A stretch of 32,000 nt of DNA from Thermofilum adornatum. Lineage in GTDB: Archaea > Thermoproteota > Thermoprotei > Thermofilales > Thermofilaceae. The notes under the pieces are model-generated. The model was not told the DNA's origin. It ran no database searches and saw only the letters and a list, made by a program, of their open reading frames with translations. The stretch spans positions 1,620,001-1,652,000 of the forward strand of contig NC_022093.1 of NCBI RefSeq assembly GCF_000446015.1, given 5' to 3'. The translations under genes were made by a program, and so were the position numbers. This document shows, in pieces, positions 26,401 to 32,000 of this stretch (its first letter is position 1; every line of letters begins with the position of its first letter).

Positions 26401-26501
26401 GTCTTGTACCGAGCGTTGATCCGGAGAGGAGACTCTGCGAGAGGGTCTTGTCGTATGTGAGTGGTGCTGGAACGCTTGAGGGGTGGTTGGGTGGGGCTTA
26501 A
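23445..26501 (+). CDS. Zn-ribbon-containing DNA methyltransferase, DUF1156/COG1743 type (N6-adenine/N4-cytosine class)
   Basis: N-terminal FPVDIVNQAAEKEK...WWTRKPLASARAVL (DUF1156 signature). SAM motif I VLDPFAGFGSIPLEA (from 23760). Two CxxC pairs (CPHCG near 24036, CLHCG near 24335). Catalytic motif IV DPPY (25209-25220). 1018 aa. Confidence 0.9.
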   Translation: MMSSFLESPKFPVDIVNQAAEKEKKGGGRPEHWEMVFWWTRKPLASARAVLAAAALPPDIDVHTFVTQVLKAKVNLKGQVENVPHRENPSPPPEWRERFAKMKVLDPFAGFGSIPLEAMRLGFGEVVAVELLPTTYVFLKAVLEYPKWAAERGLGEQLVRDVEKWGKWITEQLAGDPDIKELYDPDVAVYIGTWEVKCPHCGKYTPLIGNWWLARVSKGSSEETEEGEEEGAKKKIFSRLAWMDWENGAIKIVDLNKELKTSEIEAKVNSKQGYVEVNGTKRTVRKPNIYARRETGTCLHCGNQIRYISLKTGKHSIEKPKGEETEWYVKHAIREWNRLLEEYLSGRIELEKLIESPARPTLLVKVKVREGDLEFEPATKQDTEKLWKALEKLRRMWGDPDIPIELFAPYQMGTAGAFRITLWGFDKWFKLFNPRQLLTLVKLVKLIREAGKKIEEEKLREGWSEEDAFKYAEVVTVYLSIALARCASYNSAVTVVDSANPWGVKIAHSLAMRGIAMQWNFGETNLFAKSLPFFQVQGSWIKNIDKITNGLTYIISSISIKLNKVFVSIDDSAILSSLGNEKFDAIVTDPPYRDDVPYVELSDFYYVWLKRALSDISEGRLVPRFMGEAFFKRVGVAYREIRTQWEEFATREVGLNVGRLKYFKDSEASEDEARSYFIDLLSKSFLSIRRVLKDDGILVTYYAHTDPEAWEELISAGWRAGFRVTTAFPVSTESAQRVTARGKAALDTSIVVVWRPGVKGEALWDEVYRDALVAAEERALELLRAGRSGVDLFVGTLAATLSAVTSRERIVGVNDVGGFVRERAYPAAARGLARAVSRFVGSGEAGEEVRDAGALFYMLAKVLVPWSGRARGRVMDRSTVHIIGFGTGLDDKKLTSMRIVEKVDSEFRLLEPRGEERDDLVELLRARGLDPSRPVLRSAVDALHLLEYYAATLDVKSFREQYEKLRSVNAVLVDEALRLARVFSGRLVPSVDPERRLCERVLSYVSGAGTLEGWLGGA

Positions 26502-29500
26502 GGGGTACTGTGAGGTTAGGGGAGAGCTGTTCGACGAGAGGCTTGACGAGCAGCTTGCTCCATCGCTTTCAGAGGTTTACATGGGTAGGGGCCACGAGGT
26601 TTACTCTAACCCTGTGCTGTTCTTCGAGTCTACGTATTTCTCGGACTCTATGAGGAGGGTTCTCAGAGGCATTGTGGAGGCTGTGGAGGGCAAGGGGACT
26701 AGGAGGGTTTTCCCGCTTTTCTCGCTTTATGGCGGCGGAAAGACGCACTTGTTGCTCGCGGTACTCCACGCTGTGAGGAAGCCAGAGTCGCTTTCAAGGG
26801 TTGACAGTGAGCTGGCTGTTCGCTTTGTTGAGGCTGGGGCGAAGCTTGTGGTGCTGGATGGGGATTCTGACGAGCTTTGTCCGAGCCCTGCCAGGCCGCT
26901 GGATGTGAAGCATTACGTGGTTAGGAGTGTTTGGGGCTCTATGGCTCACCAGCTTGGGAAGTATAGGTTTTTCGAGGAGGAGGATAGGGGTGGCTTTGCG
27001 CCATCTGTGGAGGCTATCAGGAAGCTCCTTGGGGACGAGCCTGTAATCATCCTTATTGACGAGATTGCGAAGTATGTTGCGAGGTTTAGGGGGAGCCAGG
27101 ACGAAAAGCTTCGGGACTATGGGAAGAACGTTGTGGCTTTTGTTGAGAGCCTTGTGAAGGCTGTCGAGGGGACGAGGTCTGTCGTAGTTATTACTCTTCC
27201 GGTGGAGGTTAGGGGTGAAGAGGAGCGCTACATGGAGGCCTACGAGGAGGAGACTAAGATGCTTAGGGACGCTATTGGGAGGGTTGCATCGGCATACGAT
27301 GTTCCTCTTGATGCGGGGGACGTTGTCCGTGTACTGCAGAGGAGGATCTTTAAGAAGATTGATCGTGACGCTGTCGTGGCGCTTAGAAGTAGATACCTGG
27401 AGCTTTACAGCTCTGAGGAGCAAGTTTTCGGAAAATCTGCGGTCGAGAAGGCTTCTAGGATAGATGAGCTTGCGCCTTTCCATCCAAGCTACATTGATGT
27501 TCTATACGACATTGTTACAAGGCACCCCGGGCTCCAGAGGACGAGGGACGCACTTAGGATTACTCGTGTAGTGGTAAGGGAGATCTGGAATAGTGCCGAG
27601 GATCCTGACTTTGTTATGCCTTGGCATATAAATGTTGGGCGTCTTGATGCGCTTTTGCTTGGACAGAGTTTCTCGAAGTTTAAGCCGATTGTCGACAGGG
27701 ACATATATGACAACGCCCTGAAGAGGGGCCCGCTTGTTCACGCGGTTGCGCTCGCCATCTTTGTTAGGACGTATGTTTATGGCCTCGCAACGAGGCCGGA
27801 GCGGGTGTTCCCTACTAGGGAAGACGTGGCTTTCATGGTTTATGAGGAGTCTCTTGCTAAAAAGACCAACTCGAAGCCAGCCGACGTGTTGAATGCCTTG
27901 GATGTTGCTTCACGTGAATTGCTGTTTATACAGGAGAAGGACGGAAGGTACTGGTTTACCCCTATTTCTCCAATAATAGCGATTGTCCAGGACGAGGCTA
28001 GGCGTGTGAGCGAGGTTGAGGCTAGAAACCGTTTGCTCGATGCAATTAGAAGCCTGTCACAGAAGCCCCCACCGACTACTGGGAAAAAGAAGCAGGAACA
28101 GCAGAAGCTCTTTTCTCTCGTCGATGTAAGGGACAAGCCACTACCCACAGATGAGCCAAAATATTCGTTGATAATTGCCCCCCGGGTACTCTCACAGGAA
28201 GACTTGAGGAGGCTGATTTTTGAGGACGAAGGTGGCCGCTCCAGGGTCTATAGGAATACTGTGGCGGTGCTTTATCCGAGCGATGGGAGGAGGTTTAATA
28301 GGCTATTGGAGCTTGCTAGGGAGCTTATTGCCTGTGAGAATGTTGCTGAGATGCTTAATGAGATTTATCAGGATGAGGATATACGGGAGCTTCAGACTAG
28401 AAAGCTTAGACAGTACATGAGGGACAGGGAGACACAGCTCTACCAGGAAATAATTAACGCGTTTGACACTATAGGTTATCCTAGCGTGAGCGAGCGCGGC
28501 GACAATTATGCAAAGACTTCACCTGTGAGGCCAGAGGCGACTTCTCTGGCGAGGATCGCGGAGGAGGCTCTAGAGAGTCCTGATGTTGGAAAGGCATATC
28601 TGACCTCCTTAGGGTATGATGTTTTCGAGCACTTGTTGAAGGGGATTAGTGTTGATATTAGTGAAGGTAGTAGGGAGCTTACAGTGAAAGAAATTTTGGG
28701 CTACTTCTATACTCACCCCGGGTTGCCTTTTGTTCCCAGGAACCTGGTGATTCAGGCCCTAGTTGAGGGCGTGAGAAATCTCAAGATTGGTATCCAGAGG
28801 GGTGGCCAGATTTACTGGGTTCGCATTTATAGCCCTGAAAATGTACCGACGATTATTGAGGGGGCTCCGCCCAGCATGCTGGAGGACAATGATATTGTGC
28901 TTCCTTGGAGGATTGCGGCTGAGCGCTTGTTGGAACAGTTGAAGCCTGTAAGTGAGAAGAGGGATGGCAAGGTCATCAGGATTCGGTACGTGTTATTGGA
29001 AGGGGGTAGGGAGCATGACTTGAGTAGTCTTAGCACGGAGGATGCTGCGAAGCTTCTGAAGACTTATCCTCTGGTTAGGAAAGAGGAGGAGATCACTGAG
29101 GGGATCGAGGTTACGCTTCGTCCCAGCTTTGTTGAGGATAAGCCTGGCTCCATGGTTCAAGTGTTTGTGGACATAACTCCGGTGGGCAAGGTCGACGACG
29201 TAGTGAAGATTAAGGTAAGTCAAGGAGAAATCGAGCCCGGCCAGGGCAGGCCGCCGTTTACTGCTGTTTGGAGGCTTCAGCTACCGAATAAGCCGGGAAC
29301 CTACGAGTTTGAGGTGTCCGTAGAGTATAGGAGACCTGTTTCTGGGAGGCTACAGGTAAAAGTGTTGGGAGAAGAGAAGGTAAAAGTTGTCGGCCTAGTT
29401 GTGATGGATTTGTTGGAAAGTGAGGATATAGTCAAGACTTTCCCAGATTTGGTTTTTGAAGATGGCTTTGCGGCTTTGAGGTCTGGCGAGCAAGAGATCA

Positions 29501-29691
29501 CTTTGAAGACTAGGAATACTGATCCAGTCGTGTTTATAGAAATGGTCAAGGAGGCTATGAGTCTCACCGGTATTAGGAGACTTGAAGGCTTCTCTGCTAG
29601 GTTCAAGTTTAAGCAACCAAAAGAGCTTTCCGAAGTTGAAGATATTCTTTCAAGGTTTAGGAGTGTAGAGAAGATTGTGACGAGCATATGA
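26461..29691 (+). CDS. Large P-loop ATPase, DUF499/COG1483 type
   Basis: Walker A-like LYGGGKTH (26731-26748) and Walker B VIILIDEIAKY. 1076 aa. It overlaps the methyltransferase gene (up to 41 nt; alternative GTG/TTG starts run to 26491). N-terminal YSNPVLFFESTYFSDSM matches the family's FF..TY.T region. Confidence 0.8.
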   Translation: MVLERLRGGWVGLKGYCEVRGELFDERLDEQLAPSLSEVYMGRGHEVYSNPVLFFESTYFSDSMRRVLRGIVEAVEGKGTRRVFPLFSLYGGGKTHLLLAVLHAVRKPESLSRVDSELAVRFVEAGAKLVVLDGDSDELCPSPARPLDVKHYVVRSVWGSMAHQLGKYRFFEEEDRGGFAPSVEAIRKLLGDEPVIILIDEIAKYVARFRGSQDEKLRDYGKNVVAFVESLVKAVEGTRSVVVITLPVEVRGEEERYMEAYEEETKMLRDAIGRVASAYDVPLDAGDVVRVLQRRIFKKIDRDAVVALRSRYLELYSSEEQVFGKSAVEKASRIDELAPFHPSYIDVLYDIVTRHPGLQRTRDALRITRVVVREIWNSAEDPDFVMPWHINVGRLDALLLGQSFSKFKPIVDRDIYDNALKRGPLVHAVALAIFVRTYVYGLATRPERVFPTREDVAFMVYEESLAKKTNSKPADVLNALDVASRELLFIQEKDGRYWFTPISPIIAIVQDEARRVSEVEARNRLLDAIRSLSQKPPPTTGKKKQEQQKLFSLVDVRDKPLPTDEPKYSLIIAPRVLSQEDLRRLIFEDEGGRSRVYRNTVAVLYPSDGRRFNRLLELARELIACENVAEMLNEIYQDEDIRELQTRKLRQYMRDRETQLYQEIINAFDTIGYPSVSERGDNYAKTSPVRPEATSLARIAEEALESPDVGKAYLTSLGYDVFEHLLKGISVDISEGSRELTVKEILGYFYTHPGLPFVPRNLVIQALVEGVRNLKIGIQRGGQIYWVRIYSPENVPTIIEGAPPSMLEDNDIVLPWRIAAERLLEQLKPVSEKRDGKVIRIRYVLLEGGREHDLSSLSTEDAAKLLKTYPLVRKEEEITEGIEVTLRPSFVEDKPGSMVQVFVDITPVGKVDDVVKIKVSQGEIEPGQGRPPFTAVWRLQLPNKPGTYEFEVSVEYRRPVSGRLQVKVLGEEKVKVVGLVVMDLLESEDIVKTFPDLVFEDGFAALRSGEQEITLKTRNTDPVVFIEMVKEAMSLTGIRRLEGFSARFKFKQPKELSEVEDILSRFRSVEKIVTSI

Positions 29692-30110
29692 GTAGGGAGC
29701 CTCTTAGACGTGTCTCTTACACTGAAAGGAAGTCGAAGAAGGCTGAACATGGTGGAGTAGTTCAGGTCTGTCATTTTTATCCCTATACTTATTCCAAGAA
29801 GCCAGAGGTTTCCGCGGTGTGTCCGTGGAGCGAGCTAGTCCTCTTCGCGGAGTCTCTTGGTGCGCGTTTGTCTGGCAAGAGGTCGCTGCGCGTGGGCGAC
29901 GGTGTTTACAAGAGGCTTCTTGTGTATGGTGTCGTGAGGGAGAGGATTAGGGATCCTTCGAAGGCTGGAGAGCTCCGCGAGATAGTTGCTGGGCTGGACG
30001 AATACGAGCTGCATTTTTGGTTCGCGAAGTTTATTGCTGCAACTGAGAGGGGCAGGCAGGCTCTCAATAGGCCTGCTAGGGCGTTTAGGGTTTTGTACGG
30101 GCTTGATTAG
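29688..30110 (+). CDS. Small conserved-position protein (140 aa), possibly the DUF3780-type component of such operons
   Basis: ATGA start/stop overlap with the ATPase gene and a 1-nt gap to the helicase gene. Family membership cannot be verified by eye. Confidence 0.45.
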   Translation: MSREPLRRVSYTERKSKKAEHGGVVQVCHFYPYTYSKKPEVSAVCPWSELVLFAESLGARLSGKRSLRVGDGVYKRLLVYGVVRERIRDPSKAGELREIVAGLDEYELHFWFAKFIAATERGRQALNRPARAFRVLYGLD

Positions 30111-30111
30111 T

Positions 30112-32000
30112 ATGGCTCTAAGCCTTGTCCACGACGTTTTGGATCTTTATTCCCGGTATAACCCGATTCTGTATCTTGGCCTTCAGAGGGCTAGGCCTCC
30201 CGTTTATCCTTATCTGCATCAAGCCGAGTTCCTTGCACGTACAATGGTTAGGGTGCCGGTCCGCGTGTTTGTTGCGGACGAGATAGGTCTCGGCAAGACT
30301 GTTACAGCTATTTCGACTGCTAAGAGGCTTTCCGATCTGGGCCTTGCCAAGAGGGTTCTCATATTGGTTCCCCGGATACTTGTGAGGCAGTGGCTCCTAG
30401 AGCTTGAACGCTTCGGTATAAGGGCCACAAGGATCGAGAGAGCGAACTTCCAGAGTCTTTCTTCGAGCGGTTTTCCAGAGGGTTTCTATGTCGCGTCGAT
30501 GGATCTAGTTAAAAGGGAGAGGTACATGGATAAGATTCTAGGTGTTTCCTGGGACTTGCTTATTGTGGATGAGGCTCACAGGGTAGGCAAGTCATCTGCC
30601 AAAAAAGAGACCCAGAGGTACAGGTTTGTCTCTAGGATTGCGGTCGACAAGTCCAAGCATATCCTTTTGCTTTCTGCTACGCCCCACCGTGGAGACCCTA
30701 AGGACTATCTTTCCAGGCTTATGCTTTTGGACCCCTCCTTAACGACAGATTTTCAGAGGCTTGACAATGTGTTATTTTATAGTGCTACACAGAATGTGCT
30801 GGTCTTTAGAAGAACAAAGCTCGACGTGAACAATGTCTATGAAGGTGAGAAGGTCTTTCCAGGGTGTAGTGTTTCAGCGGTGATTGTCCCTGCTACCCGT
30901 GACGAGAGCGAGTTCCATAGGAGGCTTATAAGCTTCCTCAGGACGAAGATCCTCGACTACCATAATGTGAGTGGAACAGAGCCTAGGGCTCTTGGTCTTC
31001 TCAATGCTTTGATCTTTAAGAGGGCTTCATCGAGCCCGGCCGCTGCTATTAACACTATGCAGGTTATCCTCGAGAAGCGAGCATACTGGCTCCAAAATAG
31101 GGTTATTGCCGAGAAAGATTTAAGGAAAAGGATTAATCTTGCCAAGGCTCTACTCGGCACTGGTTTTGAGGAATATGAGGAAGATGTGGATCCAGACAAG
31201 GTTGTTGAAGAGTTTGCAGAAAGGTGCTCTATCCTGTTTTCTGAAAATGATGTAAGAGAGCTTCAGCATCTTGTCCAGCTCGCCAAGGCTTCGATGACTA
31301 ATGATAGCAGGCTGAAGGGCGTTGTTAGCATTGTTGAGCAACATGTAAGCATGGGCGACAAGGTAATCTTGTTTACAGAGTTTAAGGATACAGCTCACTA
31401 CGTGTTCGATGCTCTGGTGAAGGTTCTCGGCAGAGAAAACGTGAGGTTGCTCACTAGTGACGAGGCGGCCAGGGAAGAAGAGCTGATGTCGATACGTTCG
31501 TGGCTCGAGGAAAACGGGAAGAGAGTTCTAGTTGCAACTGACGTGGCATCTGAGGGCCTTAACCTCCAGGTTGCCAATGTCCTGATAAATTATGAGCCTC
31601 CCTGGTCCCCCATAAAACTGGAGCAGAGGATTGGGAGGGTTTGGAGGCTGGGTCAAAAGAAGGATGTAAATGTTTATACTGTTTTCCTTGCTGTCGACAG
31701 CGACAAGGATGTTCTAGACGTGTTGTACAAGAAGCTCGTTGCTATGGGGAGGGCTCTCGGGAAGCTCGAGAAGCCTCCAGTCGGAGAAGAGGCATACGTT
31801 ATCGACTTCGAGGAAAGGAGAGAGCCGCAACCTGTTACACTGTCTATTAAGAGTGGATCAAGGCTCAAAAAGGTAAGCGAGTACACACTTAGAAGGCAGT
31901 ACATCGAAAAGGGCAGAGAGGGCTTCGAGAGGCTCGTAGACTCTATTGCAAGAACTATACAGCAGCTCCAGAAGGATCTTGAAAAGGTTAGCGGTAGTAA
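30112..32000 (+). CDS. SNF2/RapA-family superfamily-2 helicase, 5' 629 codons; continues beyond the window end
   Basis: Absent from the ORF track (no stop in the window). Hand translation: MALSLVHDVL... with motif I ADEIGLGKT (30286-30300), motif II DEAH (30568-30579), motif III LLLSATPHRG, motif V LVATDVASEGLNLQ, motif VI YEPPWSPIKLEQRIGRVWRLGQ. Confidence 0.9.
   Translation, partial: MALSLVHDVLDLYSRYNPILYLGLQRARPPVYPYLHQAEFLARTMVRVPVRVFVADEIGLGKTVTAISTAKRLSDLGLAKRVLILVPRILVRQWLLELERFGIRATRIERANFQSLSSSGFPEGFYVASMDLVKRERYMDKILGVSWDLLIVDEAHRVGKSSAKKETQRYRFVSRIAVDKSKHILLLSATPHRGDPKDYLSRLMLLDPSLTTDFQRLDNVLFYSATQNVLVFRRTKLDVNNVYEGEKVFPGCSVSAVIVPATRDESEFHRRLISFLRTKILDYHNVSGTEPRALGLLNALIFKRASSSPAAAINTMQVILEKRAYWLQNRVIAEKDLRKRINLAKALLGTGFEEYEEDVDPDKVVEEFAERCSILFSENDVRELQHLVQLAKASMTNDSRLKGVVSIVEQHVSMGDKVILFTEFKDTAHYVFDALVKVLGRENVRLLTSDEAAREEELMSIRSWLEENGKRVLVATDVASEGLNLQVANVLINYEPPWSPIKLEQRIGRVWRLGQKKDVNVYTVFLAVDSDKDVLDVLYKKLVAMGRALGKLEKPPVGEEAYVIDFEERREPQPVTLSIKSGSRLKKVSEYTLRRQYIEKGREGFERLVDSIARTIQQLQKDLEKVSGS

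Noticed and set aside
26794-27483. 229-aa minus-strand ORF, and similar antisense ORFs at 25635-26087, 27489-27741, 27840-28148, 28827-29223 and 29301-29774, inside the methyltransferase and ATPase genes
   Set aside because: They are shadows of strongly supported plus-strand genes. They have a low-complexity Pro/Ser/Arg/Leu-rich composition, no motifs, and complete overlap with motif-bearing ORFs.
30219-31904. Short ORFs listed in the track within 30219-31904 on either strand (30219-30428, 30957-31199, 31150-31398, 31641-31850, 31674-31904)
   Set aside because: They lie inside the SNF2 helicase reading frame (30112 onward). That frame carries all the SF2 motifs but was not reported by the ORF track because it has no stop in the window.

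Overview
The window looks archaeal. Genes start a few nt behind TATA-like boxes with little or no leader, there is a candidate C/D-box sRNA, and the toxin-antitoxin (TA) set is typical of archaea. It is probably a thermophilic crenarchaeote, but I cannot assign it further from sequence alone.

Layout:
- 1-7.1 kb is ordinary housekeeping: the 5' end of a nucleoside phosphorylase gene, an ECF transporter operon (S, T, A, A'), a class I aminotransferase, and an ABC ATPase plus permease.
- 7.1-16 kb is an accessory stretch dense in TA-type modules (HEPN/MNT, AbrB-VapB/PIN-VapC, a nucleotidyltransferase-fold pair, UPF0175-like duplicates, further AbrB genes). An alpha/beta hydrolase and an SDR oxidoreductase are interspersed.
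- 16-19 kb holds a low-GC FokI-like nuclease gene broken by one in-frame TAA, and a convergent two-gene operon of unknown function.
- 19.4-21.4 kb encodes a large secreted, membrane-anchored repeat protein.
- 22.1-32 kb is a defence locus. An EVE(PUA-like)-HEPN pair is divergent from a tightly overlapping operon: a Zn-ribbon DUF1156-type DNA methyltransferase, a DUF499-type P-loop ATPase, a 140-aa protein and an SNF2 helicase. The helicase runs off the window and is absent from the ORF track.

This methyltransferase/ATPase/helicase operon, together with its EVE-HEPN neighbour, is the best candidate for a poorly described system.

Other notable points:
- An abrupt synonymous-codon switch occurs inside the methyltransferase gene, suggesting a mosaic gene.
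- Five disrupted genes are concentrated on toxin or effector components.
- A window-scale flip of strand composition occurs near 19 kb.
- Operator-like palindromes lie between TATA boxes and start codons.
- A cluster of AT-rich inverted repeats abuts a truncated vapC.

I found no rRNA, tRNA, CRISPR array, transposase or integrase. All family calls are motif recognition by eye, with no database search.
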